A stretch of DNA of 64,000 bases from assembly GCF_046119375.1 (NCBI RefSeq), contig NW_027362764.1, positions 596,812,001-596,876,000 of the forward strand, given 5' to 3'. The notes under the pieces were generated by a model that had not been told where the DNA came from, did no database searches, and saw nothing but the letters and a program-made list of their open reading frames with translations. Below, piece by piece: positions 49,395 to 64,000 of the stretch. The DNA comes from Phyllobates terribilis (Eukaryota). Each line of letters begins with the position of its first letter. Position 1 is the stretch's first letter. The position numbers and the translations under genes are program-made.

Positions 49395-49870
49395 CCCTGG
49401 GTCAATTGATGCCACTTTTCTAGTGTCAGCCCTTAATTAGGAAAATGTGGAGACTCCTGGTTGAGTCTCCATCTGCTGGGTATGCTGTAGTGGAAGAGGT
49501 GTCGGTACACATTATACTAGTTCTACTCTACAGAAATTGATGCCACTTCAGTGGTGTCAGCCCCTAATTTAGGGAAATGTGAACACTCCTGATTGGGTCT
49601 CCATCTGCTGGGTATGCTATAGTGGAAGAGGTGTCGATCCCCATTATACTATTTCTACTCTTTTGAAATTGATGCCACTTTGGTGGTGTCTGTACCTATT
49701 TTTTTATATTTGAAGACTCCTGATTGGGTCTCCATCTGCTGGGTTGGTTGTAGTGGAAGAGGTGTCGGTCCTAATTCTAACATTTCTACTCTGGTGAAAT
49801 TGGTGGTGTCAGCCTTTAATTTTTGGAAATGGGGAGACTCCTGGTTGGGTCTCCTTCATATGTATTGCCT
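49395..49870. repeat. ~131-bp tandem repeat (~3.7 copies) in the 5' arm of hAT-D
   Basis: AATTGATGCCACTT at 49404, 49535, 49667. Confidence 0.88.
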
Positions 49871-50960
49871 GTAGCAGTAGGCCTCCCAGACCGGCAGGCC
49901 TCCATTTACTTTCAGTCAACTACCCGTGTTACTATCCTTTAATTTTTTTATCAATACTAATCTATGAAACTGATTTTTCTGCCATCTGAGTGTGGCTTAG
50001 CATAAAAACAGGTTGAGCTGTTGCATGTGGTATCAGGGCTCCCAGCACAGCAGACATACACCGATCCCACACCTACCTCATCTTAATTTGAAGTTCAATC
50101 CAAAGCTGTAAATGCTGTCCCAGACCCTGATACCTCATGCATGGCCCATGGCTGATTGCTGCTGTGCAATTACAAAATTTGTACTGTGGGTCAATTGATG
50201 CCATTTTCCTGGTGTCTGACCCTAAATTAATCTGTTTTGGCAGCTTTTGGGCCTGTTTGAAGGCGTTGTGTATGTGTTTGGTTTTGCACCCCATTGAATT
50301 CAATGGCGTTCGGCTATGTTCAGCGAATATTCGACGAATAAATCAGCGAATATTGCAAAATCAGCGATCGTAACCTGAAGCAAACATTGAAATATTTTCT
50401 CATCTTTTTACCCATTTCCTTGTGCGGTATGAGTGATTGGTTGACTTTATTCTTTTGGTCGGTGCGATTACAGTGATACCAGATTTATATCTGGTTTATA
50501 TGTTAGGCTGCTGTCACACTAAAAAAACGCTTTTTTTTTTTGCAAAAACTAGTTTTTGCATCGCCATATTTTGAGAGCTATAATTTTTCCATATTTCAGC
50601 CAACATAGTAATGTGACGTTTTTATTGGTACAATTTTCGCGCATGTGACATTTTTTGATCACTTTCTAATCTGATTTATGGGAGGCAGAATAAACAAAAA
50701 CCAACAATTCAGGAATTGTTTTTTTTTGGTTTTTGTTTTTCCGTTCCACGTGTGGTAAAATTGATAAGGCAGCTTTTTTCTTTGGGTCAGTATGTTAACA
50801 ACGATACCACATTTATAATGTTTTTTTTATGTTTTGGCGCTTTTACACAATAAAAACTATTCATTGGTGTATATATCTCATTCATCTGCTGTGTTTTAAC
50901 CCTTCTGAAGTCTGCATTGCATCTCCATACCTGTATTGCTCTGCTATTCATTGGTATATA

Positions 50961-52536
50961 CACTACCGTTCAAAAGTTTGGGGTCATCCAGACAATTTTG
51001 TGTTTTCCATGAAAACTCATACTTTTATTTATCAAATGAGTTGCAAAATGAATAGAAAATATAATCCAGAAATTGACAAGGTTAGAATTAATGATTTTTA
51101 TTCGAAAGAATAATTTTCTTCTTCAAACTTTACTTTCGTCAAAGAATGCTCCTTTTGCAGCTATTACAGCATTGCAGACCTTTGGCATTCTAACTGTTAA
51201 TTTGCTGAGTTAATCTTGAGAAATTTCACCCCATGCTTCCTGAAGCCCTTCCCACAAGTTGGATTTGCTTTATGGGCACTTTTTGCGTACCATACGGTCA
51301 AGCTGCTCCTACAACAGCTCAATAGGGTTGAGATCTGGTGACTGCCCTGGCCACACCATTACAGATAGAATACCAGCTACCTGCTTCTTCCCAAAATAGT
51401 TCATGCATAATTTGGAGGTGTGCTTTGGGTCATTGTCCTGTTGTAGGATGAAATTGGCTCCAATCAAGCGCTGTCCACAAGGTATGGCATGGCATTTACC
51501 TTGTACAAATCTCCCACTTTACCAACACCAAAGCAACCCAAGCCCATCACATTACCTCCACCATGCTTGACAGATGGCATCAGGCACTCTTCCAGCATCT
51601 TTTCAGTTGTTCTGTGTCTCACAAATGTTCTTCTGTGTGATCCAAACACCTCAAACTTTGATTCGTCTGTCCATAAAATGTTTTTTCAATCTTCCATTGT
51701 CCAATGTCTGTGTTCTTTTGCCCATATTAATCTTTTCCTTTTATTGGCCAGTCTCAGATTTGGCTTTTTCTTTGCCAATTTGCCCTGAAGGCCAGCATCC
51801 CGGAGTCGCCTCTTCACTGTAGAGGTTGACACTGGCGTTTTGCGTGTACTATTTTATGAAGCTGCCAGTTGAGGAGCTGTGAGGCGTCGATTTCTCAAAA
51901 TAGAGACTCTAATGTACTTGTCTTGTTGCTCAGTTGTGCAACGGGGCCTCCCACTTGTCTTTCTACTCTGGTTAGAGCCTGTTTGTGCTCTTCTCTGAAG
52001 GGAGTAGTACACACCGTTGTAGGAAATCTTCAGTTTCTCAGCAATCTCTCGCATGGAATAGCCTTCATTTCTAAGAACAAGAATAGACTGTCGAGTTTAA
52101 CATGAAAGTTCTCTTTTTTGGGCCATTTTGAGAGTTTCATAGAACAAACAAATGTAATGCTCCAGATTCTCAACTAGCTCAAAGGAAGGTCAATTTTATA
52201 GCTTTTCAAATCAGCCAAACCGTTTTCAGCAGGGCTAACATACTTGTGCAAGAGTTTTCTAGGATTTTCTAAACATCTATTAGACTTCTTACAAAGTTAG
52301 CAAACAGAATGTAACATTATACACTGGAGTGGTGGTTGTTGAAAATGGGCCTCTATACACCTATGTAGATATTGCAATAAAAACAAGATGTTTGCAGCTA
52401 GATTAGTCATTTACCACATTAACAATGTATATAGTGTATTTCTGATTCATTTAATGTTAGCTTCATTGAAAAAAATATGCTTTTCTTTCAAAAATAATGA
52501 AATTTCTAAATGACCCCAAACTTTTGAACGGTAGTG
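50961..52536 (-). mobile_element. Tc1-like element with decayed, internally deleted transposase
   Basis: 27-bp TIR CACTACCGTTCAAAAGTTTGGGGTCAT at both ends (TA on left only); MREIAEKLKIS..SGRPRCTT; VKHGGGNVM; [11 protein letters not shown]. Confidence 0.9.
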
Positions 52537-52899
52537 CTTTAAGGTCATCACACTTGCTTGACCAAGTTAATGATCCATGTGGATCTGCCAGTCTGTTTTT
52601 GTTTCTGCAGTTTTATTATCTCCTGCTGTCTTAGGCTAGCTGATTGATTGCTAATGAGTTAAATTTGTGTTACATCTAAGCACATACTTCCCTATATATT
52701 GAGACAAAGGTAAGGGGTGGCATTTGTGTGGGGTGCATTTATGCATATAGCATTTATGCATAGTTTTTCAAAGTCCCGACGCAGTTAGATATGGCAGATG
52801 GACAGAGCAGGAGACAGGTAAGATATGCAAGACAATTAAACAAACTTTCTTCCAGGTCATCCGTTTTGCAAACAGTGTTCACCATTTGTATTTGTGCCA

Positions 52900-54314
52900 T
52901 TTATGTTCTGGCTGTTACAATCATCCACATTCACCGTTCTCCCACAAACTTGGCACATTTCATCCATATTAACCCCTCTCTCCTCTCCTCTACTATGTAC
53001 AGCTCTCATGCTCTCTTCCCAATGTTATACCACACAAACCATTCATTCCCACCTTACAACACAAGAAACGTTTCCACAAATCACTCAACCATCTGCTCAC
53101 TGTATCTTTCTACTCTAAGTCGCAGGTGATATTTCTCCTAATCCAGTACCTTCTTGTAATAATAACACTAACTCTTTCCCTGCTACATTCAGAAACCCTG
53201 CTAATCTCAATAATATTCCCAGCATGCCTTCTGTCTCTTTCAATTGTGCCCTTTGGAATGTGCGGTCAGCATGTAATAAACTCTCCTTCTTTCATGACTT
53301 CTTCCTCTCAAATTCCCTTAACCTTCTGGCTCTCAATGAAACATAGATCCAGCAGTCGGATACCACCGCCGCTGCTGCTTTCTCATATGGTGGCCTACAC
53401 TTCTCTTATACCCCGAGAACTGATAACAAATCAGGTGGAGGTGTTGGTCTGCTCCTTTCAGCAAAATATACTTTTCAGGTTATCTCCCCAGTAACCTCAC
53501 TTATCTTCCCTTCTGTTCAGGCCCACACAGTCAGACTCTACCGGTCTTTCTTCCTGTGAATGTCGGTTGTGTATCGCCCTCCAGGCCCCTCCCATCAGTT
53601 TCTGGATCACTTTGCCACCTGGCTTTTCAAACATTCTATCCTGTAACATCCCCATTGTCGTCATGGGGGACTTTACCATCCCATTTGGCGATCCCCTCTC
53701 CCCACCTGCTGTTCATCCTTTATCGCGAACATCCTCCTTCAGTCTTTCACAGCTTACTAATTCTCCTACACATGAAGATGGTAATACTCTTGACCTGATC
53801 TTCGCCTGGCTTTGTTCAATACATGAATTTACTAACTCTCCTCTTCTGCTCTCTGACCACAACCTTCTTTCATTCATTGTCACCCTCCTCAAGACTCCTC
53901 CACTTTCTACAGTTGTAGAAATATACATGCCATTAACACCCAAAAATTCATGAAAACGTTGCAATCATCATTGGCCCCAATCTCATCCCTCTCATGTCCT
54001 GACTCTGCACTGAAGCATTATAATGAAACATTGCAATGCGCCCTGAATGAAGCCGCATCTCCTACACAGAAAAACTTGGCACAGACGGTGACAACCCTGG
54101 CACACGCTGCCAACACGTTTTCTCCAGTGGTACTCCAGGTGTGCCGAATGGGTGTTGAGAAAATCGAATCTGGCCAAAGATTTCCTCCATTATAAATTCA
54201 TGCTTAAAACATATAACTCCTCCCTTCACCTCTCAAAACAAACTTACTTTAACAACCTCATCATCTCACTGTCCAATAATCCTAAACGCCTCTTTGACAC
54301 TTTTCACTCTCTCC
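52900..54314 (+). mobile_element. L2 LINE ORF2 5' portion (2A-like motif and APE endonuclease), truncated
   Basis: AGDISPNPVP; ALWNVRSACNK..LLALNET..GGGVGLLL..YRPPGP..VMGDF..SPTHEDGNTLDLIF..SDHNLL. Confidence 0.88.
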
Positions 54315-54318
54315 TTAA

Positions 54319-55060
54319 AGGGAATCTGTCACCCCCCTGGGCGATGTCAGACTACTACTATGCCCATACAGGTGATAGAAAAGTAAATCTATACATACCC
54401 ATATGGCCAGTAGCAGTGGTCTGATTCCAGAGAAATCGTCTTTTATAAAGTTTCTTCACCAGAGTCTTGGCGCCCGGGGAACACCAAGCAAACCCCTTCT
54501 ATCTGCTTATTATGCAGCTAAATCCCCGCCTCTTGGCTAAATTATCATCTTCCCCCCCTCCCCGTCACGTCACAGAGCCCTGTAACTGCCCTGTGACATG
54601 CCCTGCTATAATATTTATTATTATTTTGTGATTTTTTAAAAATATATATTTTTACAACTTTATTTTACTTTATTTTTTCACTTTTTTATTTAGTCCTACT
54701 ATGGGACTTTCACTTTCTGCAGTCTTATCGCTGCTATAAGGCATAGCAGTGCAGGATCACTGCTATGCCTTATAGCTGTCAGTGCTGCAGACACAAGATA
54801 CTTAGATCATGCACTGTGCATGATCTAACTATCTTGCTATGTCCTGGTGACCCGGATTTCATCATGATGACATCGGGTCACCATGGCAATGATCGGGACA
54901 CCGCAATGACATTGCGGGGTCTCCGATCCAAGAGCAGAGGGACTTTTGTCCCTCTGCTCGCTCAATAAATGCGTGTCAGCTGTGCAGGGTGTCAGCTGTC
55001 AGAATCACCTGACACCCGACGGCGATCGCACTCGCACAGCCTCTGTGAGGGCGCGATAGC
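54319..55060. mobile_element. Kolobok-like MITE start and other non-autonomous remnants
   Basis: TTAA-AGGGAATCTGTCACC at 54315-54333; hairpins at 54720-54890; no matching right end found. Confidence 0.45.
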
Positions 55061-55631
55061 CGAGACGTATCTATACATCTCAAGTCAGAAAGATGTTAAA
55101 ATCCTCTGTTTGGGGGACAAATCCCACAATGCACAGGAGTTGAGGACTTGGGTTAAAAAGCAGACAAATAAGTGGTTGCCAACAGTAAACCTTTTGCCCG
55201 GCCTGGTGGTGTGCGATAATGGGTGAAATCTCATAGCTGCTCTGGTCCTAGCCAATTTGACGCACATCCCTCCACTGGCACATGTGCTCAACTTGATGGT
55301 GCAGAGCATCCTGAAAAACTACCTACACATTTGTGAGCTGCTGCTGAAAGTGCGGGCAGTGTGTGTGCACTTTTGAAGTTCTTTTCCGGGTGCTTGCCTG
55401 TCTGTGCTGCAGCGTCTCTTCTGCCTTCCTGCTCACTGGCTGATATGCAAAGTACCAACAAGGTGGAACTCCACCTTGCTTATGCTGGAGAGCCTGGGCA
55501 AGCAGCAGCAGGCAATATTGGAGTTTCAGCTGCAGCACGCATGGCTGAGTCGCACTGCAGAACAACACCACTTCACCACCAATGACTGGGTCTCTATACG
55601 GGACATGTGTGCTATGTTACGCTGCTTTGTA

Positions 55632-55910
55632 CAGTACAGACCAAAAGTTTGGACGCACCTTCTCATTTAAAGATTTTTCTGTATTTTCATGACTTTGGAA
55701 ATTGTACATTCACACCGAAGGCATCAAAACTATGAATTAACACATGTGGAATTATATAATTAACAAAAAAGTGTGAAACAACTGAAAATATGTCTTATAT
55801 TCTTGGTTCTTCAAAGTAGCCACCTTTTGTTTTGATGACTGCTTTGCACAATATTGGCATTCTCTTGATGAGCTTCAAGAGGTAGTCACTGGAAATGGTC
55901 TTCCAACAAT
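55632..55910. mobile_element. Tc1 terminal fragment inserted in the hAT-E transposase
   Basis: TA-CAGTACAGACCAAAAGTTTGGAC; truncated at ~55910, where hAT sequence resumes. Confidence 0.75.
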
Positions 55911-57328
55911 CTTGGCCAATTCTGATGATACCAACATCAGACAGCGTTACTATACCGCTTATATGCCTGCTGGAAAAAAACTATTCAGGCCATGATGGAT
56001 GAGGTGGTGGTACAGGAGGAAGAGGAGCAGGAGGAGGAGCAGAGTTAATTCACACCATTACCAGGTCTGTCGTTCACACAGGGCTCGGAGGGTGGGTTAT
56101 TGTCCCAACATCAGCCAGGTACCTAACTGTACAGGCAGGGGACAGTTTGGGAGGATGATGATGAGAAGGAGGTGGGGCAGAGGACCAACCATTTCCACAG
56201 CAAAGTGGCACGTAAATCAGCTCATGGGCACCACTGGAGTTTGGCTGGTGTGATACAGATTACAGAGACGATATATCTTCCACTGAGGAAAGCTTGTCGT
56301 TGTCTCTAGGCAGCCTGACACACATGAGCCAATACATGTTGCAGTTCCTGCGGAATGATCAACGAGTTTCACATATTGTTACCAGTGCAGATTACTGAGT
56401 GGCCACCCTGATGGATCCCCGCTACAAGGACAATGTGCCATCATTACTTCCTTTACTGGAAAGGGATTGCAAAATGCGTTAATACAAGCACATGCTGGTA
56501 GAAAAACTACTAATGGCTTTCCCACCTTACAGCGGGGGCTCAGTGGAACAACAAGGCAGAGGCGGAGGAGGAAGCTGCTAACAGCACCGCCAGCACCATG
56601 GAATGCAGGGTTAGCATGGCCCAAATGTGGCAAAACTTAATGAGCATGCCACAACATCCAACACCACTCTCTGTCATGGTACATATTAGCAGGAAGCAGC
56701 ATTACAACAACATAATGGCAGACTGCCTGTGCACACATTTCTACGTGCTAACAGATGAATCTGCCCCGTTTAACTTCTGGGTTTCCAAAGTGGACACATG
56801 ACCTGAGCTTGCCCTTTATGATTTGGAGGTGCTGGCCTGCCCTGCGGCAAGTGTACTGTCGGAACGTGTGTTTAGCATGGCAGGGGGGGGGTTATCACAG
56901 ACAAACGCATCCGCCTGTCCACATCTAACATGGGTAACCTAACATTCCTGACAATGAACCAGATGTGGATCCCGCACAACTTATCCTAGACAACTATAGC
57001 AGCTGCACCCAGCCAGTCTTTAACTCTATTTGACATTTGTTTCGATTGTGGGCCTCCTCCCCAAATAAAAAAAAAACACAAAAACTGTGTTGGCTACCTC
57101 TTCCTCCGCATCTTCAACCTATACCACCCCAATCACCTCCTCTTCCCACTTGAACCTGTTCCCACTGGTTCAAGATTCTTATTTTTTATTTATACTATGC
57201 TTAGCATATGGATAGGATGCAGATGTACTAAGGGACATTATTAGGTTTTGTGTGTGCGCAATTTTACAAACTCACTGTGTGTACTCTGCACCCGTGTCTG
57301 TGATAGTAACATGAGTAGCCATGGTGAG

Positions 57329-57720
57329 TATTCTGGAGCCCATATCTGTGGGAGTATTTAGCCTTTAAGCAGCTGTGTGTATTCTAGAACCCATATCTGT
57401 GTGAGTATTTTGCCTTTAAGCAGCTGTATGTATTCTTAAACCCATATCTGTGGGAGCACTTTGCAAAAAGCTGCTGTGTCTACTCTGCAACCATACCTGT
57501 TGGGACACTGTGGCCCACTGTCTGGGTGTGAAATTTGTAAGCTGCTTCTGAGAGGGTACTCTGCACAATGGTCTGTTGGTGAAATTTGAAAGCTGCTTCT
57601 GAGGGAGTACTCTACCCCATGGTGGGTGAAATTTATTATCAGCTTCAATGGGCGAAATGTGTAAACATGCTATGTGGGTGAATTTTTTTATAAAATTCTG
57701 TGCGTGTACTCTGCCCCATG
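57329..57720. repeat. ~51-bp degenerate tandem repeat in the 3' arm of hAT-E
   Basis: TATTCT/TACTCT unit starts at 57329, 57380, 57431, 57481. Confidence 0.8.
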
Positions 57721-59163
57721 CTATGTGGATGACATTTTTAACTGGACTGGAAGTAGCAAGCATGTTATTCATTTACTTCTGATTTCACCATGACTGCTAT
57801 GGTGAATTAACCCCTTCAAGTAATTTCAATATCCACATTTGTTTGCAGGGCAATTATCCTGCTCTTTCTCCCATTTAGCTTCCTTTTGCAGCCCCCTAGC
57901 CCTGACTATGACCATTTTACAGCCATTCTAAAGCACCAAATTTCGGGTCCCCATTGACTTGTATTGCGTCCAGGTCCAACTTCAAGTTTGAGGTAAAGTC
58001 CAGGCCCAAACAAAACTTTTTACTGTATGTTAGGCGAACCTGAACATCCACGGGTTCGCTCATCTCTATAGGTAAGTCCTAGTAATATTATGAAGATTTT
58101 TTTCCCAAAAAAACCCTTAGAAAGCTTTGATTTGCTACTCTGTCAAACTTAGCTATTGTTACAATCAACTTGTTCTGAGCTTTGTTTTTCACCATTCTTG
58201 ACAGCTTATTTGCATGTACTTTCTTGACAATTTCTGTCAATTACTTTGTGAAGTTTATTGTATTTTTTTTTGCTAAGGAAAAGAAGAACAAAACTAGGCA
58301 GGTAAAATTAAGACTTAAAAGAAGACATAAATCAAAAGAAGAAGTATTGATATAACTAAGGATCAACTTTTATTATCATAAAAGAATCATGAGGCTAGTA
58401 GTTGAGTACATCACATATAATAGTGTTTTTTGTGTGTAATGTTCTAGAACCAGTTAACCATTGTCAATAGAGATAGACAATAATTGAAAAATTTGATTGG
58501 TAGAGATGAAAAATGTTGGGAGCAAAGGGGAGATTTATTTTTTCATCCAATTCCATTTATTTCAAAGTATTATTTTTCTATTGGGCAAATAGCAAATTGT
58601 AGTTTGGTGGGAGTCTGATTGATGAAGAGTTACACAGCATCACTTAACCCTTTGCATGCATCATAAAGGTACAAAACTAGCTGGAAAATCAAAGTGAAAC
58701 TTATTAAATCTAATTGCCTATTATCCCAATTAACTCTGGTTTGTCAAATTGTACAGATTTGCAACATCAGTTGAAGTTAATAAACGCTACTCTGACTGTT
58801 TGAAGACATTGACATAATTACATATGTGGCCTGGGACACTCAGGTTATTGTACGTTTTATTGCACATGACAATATTAAAACCTACAACTGTTTCACTCTT
58901 CTTTGGATAAGTGCAATCAGTTATAAAACTAATAACTCCCCAAATGAACCTCTTATATGGAAGGGTTTACATTTTATTAGGGAGTACTGTTGGCTGACCA
59001 TTTTTACAATCCAAGCTTTCAAGTCTGTAGGATAGTGTTCACTCCACCAAAAGACTACAGACTTGTTCAACGTGTGCATGGCCCATGTGTTTGTATTCAA
59101 TTTGTTTCTTGCTTTTGCAAGATTAGGGAGTTCTCCACCACTCCCTTGTGGGACATGCACATA

Positions 59164-60716
<1,553 letters not shown>

Positions 60717-62224
60717 TAAATGCCGTCCTCTGCAGCGTGTCCACATGGACTTTACCTTCAGCTCTGCTCATTTAGGTACTATACACATGATCAGTTTTTA
60801 AATACATCAGTTAGGGACTGCTCTGATGTGGGTTACCTTGACGTTGGTAGAGCGGCTTAGTATACATTTTTTGCAAAAAACGTGTCAACTAAATACTCTG
60901 TTTTTTATCACCTTTTTACTAGCACTTGCTGTTTACTGTTACTTTTTTACAACAGAGTATTTTTATACGTTTGTTTTACTGTGTCCTTGTGTTTTTCAGT
61001 CTTTTGGTGGAGTGAACACTGTCCTACAGACTTGTTCACCATGTGCATGGCCCATGTGTTTGTATTCTATATAGAAACAGGAAGTCTATTTTCCATACAT
61101 GAATCATTATCCTCTTCAACTCCTGGCTCAGCTGCTTGCTACTCCTCCTGCAAGGGATTTTGCAGTGACTTTTGATTCATACAGGGAGAAGAGACTTCCT
61201 GTCTTAACATAGAGCAGAGAAGTGAAAAGAATTATCTGGGTAGAAGGGCAAAATGAGTAATGATAAGTACACAGTGCTATATAATATGATGACTGCAATA
61301 TATTAAGAGAACAAAACTGTTGATGGGAATGCTTCTTCAACTTCTAAATATGTAACTTCTAAGTGGTGGTTTTCTTATTACTAATGGACATCCTGTACAG
61401 CTACTGTATGTCCTATATCTGGCAATGGTACAGAAGCTTTGATCACTGTAATCTCTAGATGGTTTGAATATTCAGCTGACATTGTGCTGAAATGGATGTA
61501 ACCATATCTCAGCTCTTTAAACTCTTTTATTCCAAGGTCAATAGTGACCACAGCATCTAGACCATTACTCAGAGTGGTTTTCCCTTTGTCATACCGTTGT
61601 CGGTGACGTCTGGCACAATTATTGGCTGCCCATGGCATAGTTTGCATATTTGTTTATTACTGACAAATAGGGGTCAGACTGGCGTGACTAGGGCCCACAG
61701 GTGGAATTTTCTCCAGGGGCCCAACCTAATGCTACTGTACATGTTCATCTTTATCCCTGTGTACATGAGAATTTTATTAGACAATACAGTGTGCAAAATA
61801 GAACACTTGTATCCATTGTTCTACATCAAAGTGTTTTTTACCTTAATGGAGTTATACTAAGTTTGGAAGTTCTCTCTTACCTCCGGGATGGGAGATAACT
61901 CCCCAATCCCTGAAACCGCAATCCCTTGAGATGCGCATGCTCAACCTCTGCTCTATTCAAATGTGTCTCTCTAGAACCCTGGTCGTATGAAGTTTAATCC
62001 AGAAGAGGAGATGAGGAGACCAGTGGGGGACATGGGGTGCAGCAACGATGAACAGCAGGAGTCCAGTAGGTGAGTCTATAATTATGTTTTTTTATTTCAG
62101 ACCATGAGCCACTATTTAAAAGGGATGTAAACATTTTGAATGTAGCAGCAAAGCACAGTGCCATTCAATGTTGAACAGCCGCTGCCGGGTCTTGCAGATC
62201 ATCTCCTATTCCAAAGAACAGGAG

Positions 62225-63933
62225 TAGATGAGCGAAACTTGTGATGTTCGGGATCGCTGACCATTGCCGAACAGGTAAAAAAAAGTTTGTGCTCGGGCAC
62301 CTGATCCCGAACCCGAATGGGCCCCGAACATCCGGGGTTTCCCACACTGTCATCTGCCGACCATTGGGGGTTGATGTTACTAGCCAGGGAAAGGGGCCAT
62401 TTGCCAAAGATGCTCCCTGGCTATTAATAACAGCCCACAGCTGTTTGCTTAGCGTTTTCTGGCTACTTTACAGGAGGACCCCAGAAAAAAATTGACGTAG
62501 GGTCCCCCTATAAAATCTAACTAGCAAAGGCTAAATAGACAGCTGTGAGCTCATATTAATAGCCATAGAAAGAGCCATGGTTACAGGCCCTCTCTGAGGC
62601 TAATAATATCAGCCCTCAGCAGCCCCAGAAATGGAGCATCAATAAGATGTGCAAATTCTGGCCATTAGCCTCACTATTCCCACTTAACCTGATGCAGTGG
62701 CAAGTGGGGTAATAGGGTTGGGGTTCATATCAGCCTTGTATTGACAGCTGACATGAAGCCCAGGTTAATAATGGAGAGGCGTTTATAAGATGCCACCATT
62801 ACTAACTCTATAGTAACAGTTGTGAAATAAAGACACAGCAAGAAAAAAATCCTTTATTTGAAATAAAAAAAACACACTTACTTTTCTATTTAAAAATAAA
62901 AAACAGTTATACTCACCTAACACCCATTCCATTGAAGCCATTGTCACTTGTAAAAAATAAAAACAAAAGAGAACCATATTCCTCACCTGTCCGACGTGAT
63001 GAAATAATTCACACTGTCCCATGGTGATCTCACTTATTGAACAGTCACATCAGCAGATGTAACTGCTCTACAGGACAGCTAGCTACACACTGACACAGGA
63101 GTGTAATCGCTCCTATGCCAGTGAATAGCACTGACCTGCCGTGAGAGAGGTCACTGGAGTTCATCAGCTGATGAGCTCCAGTGATTTCATGTAGGGCACC
63201 ACTGCTGCATGAGAATTTTCTCACAGCAGATCAGCGCTATACACTGCGGGAGCCATCACACTACTGTCAGTGTATCGCCAGCTGCCAGATAGAGCTGTCA
63301 CATTTCCCGGTGTGACTGTTCTATAAGTGAGATCACTGTGGGACATTCTGAATTACCTGGATTATGGCGGATAGGTGAGTATTATGGTGGTTTATTATTT
63401 TTTCTTTTTTACAGGTGATATGGGCATAGGGGATTAGGCATTACGGTGAGTATTATGGTGTTTTTTATTTTTTTACGGGACAAGGGCATCGGGGCTTAGG
63501 TGTTGGTGAGTATAATGTGTTTTTTATTTTTATAGTTATTCATTTTAACTTTTTTTTTTACTTGGAGCACATGCGCCATCTGATGAGACTACTCCTCCCA
63601 TCAGCATCTCCTGTAATCGCTGTTTACAGTGACAGCAGGTGTCGGCTGATGGGGGTAATAGTCTCATCACCCGATGCCTGTGACCCATGGTAAGCTTTTT
63701 AGCGTGAATTACCGTCACAGCTGTTGGATCACGCTGACATCCAGCAGCTTGATCCGTAAGTTCTCTGACCGGTGGAAACGATGGACAGATAACAGCGTGG
63801 GAAACCACTGATGTTCAGGCTCGGCCAAATTTTGAGGAAAATGTTCGAGAATCCGAACACAAATCCGAATATGCAAAGTTTGTGCCGACTTTGAGATTGG
63901 TGAACATTTTCCGAACATGGTCGATCATCTCTA
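62225..63933. mobile_element. Non-autonomous hAT element (1,709 bp) with internal palindrome
   Basis: TAGATGAGCGAA...TCGATCATCTCTA; perfect 8-bp TSD AACAGGAG (62217-24, 63934-41); inverted repeat at ~62950-63410. Confidence 0.9.
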
Positions 63934-64000
63934 AACAGGAGCTATTTTGCGATACCAGGCAGCAGCCACCACTCTTTGAAAGGAGCTGCCCATTGCAGCT

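Larger units (their letters stand above)
41797..50410 (-). mobile_element. hAT-D: 5' half of another hAT copy, with nested LTR element and L2
   Basis: Transposase pieces at 41797-42152 (AVCDNGANL..HVPCMA) and 46370-48120 (LLGTEMLPF, RVHFTTDT) join across the LTR insertion. Degenerate terminus and TTCG subterminal repeats at 50300-50410. Confidence 0.75.
55060..58068 (+). mobile_element. hAT-E: 3' half of a hAT copy with right TIR
   Basis: LVVCDNG..LAHVLNL; KVPTRWNSTL; TLMDPRYK; YDLEVLACPAASVLSERVFS..TDKRIRL; terminus GTTCGCTCATCTCTA ending 58068. Confidence 0.85.

Noticed and set aside
29175-50410. Composite transposon formed by the hAT-B and hAT-D ends capturing dnd1
   Set aside because: Both are 5' ends, the right one is degenerate, and the flanks do not form a TSD.
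61381-61647. 88-aa minus-strand ORF in non-repetitive DNA as a host exon
   Set aside because: No recognisable domain or convincing splice signals. A BLASTX search would settle it.

Overview
Eukaryotic, repeat-saturated DNA. The repeat families suggest an anuran amphibian (inference). No intact host protein-coding gene, rRNA, tRNA or CRISPR array is supported. The window is a nested transposon graveyard built on at least six copies or fragments of one clade of large Ac-like hAT DNA transposons (termini TAGWGWTGAGC, 8-bp TSDs). Most of these carry their own internal tandem arrays (110, ~104, 130, 151, ~131 and 51 bp units). Also present are Tc1/mariner elements (including a DD37E type), a deleted sushi-like chromovirus, three solo or partial LTRs, L1, L2, CR1 and Penelope fragments, a V-SINE and several MITEs. 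The main findings are: (1) a 4.2-kb non-autonomous LTR element with a tRNA-Ser PBS, a PPT and a 4-bp TSD, two non-homologous LTRs, and a single decayed ORF containing a Y-box-like cold-shock domain; (2) an intronless dead end (dnd1) retrocopy fused in frame to a hAT transposase fragment; (3) two hAT elements inserted in tandem at one 8-bp target; (4) a ~1,227-codon hAT transposase flanked on both sides by the same 110-bp satellite. Family assignments come from motif recognition by eye, not database searches.
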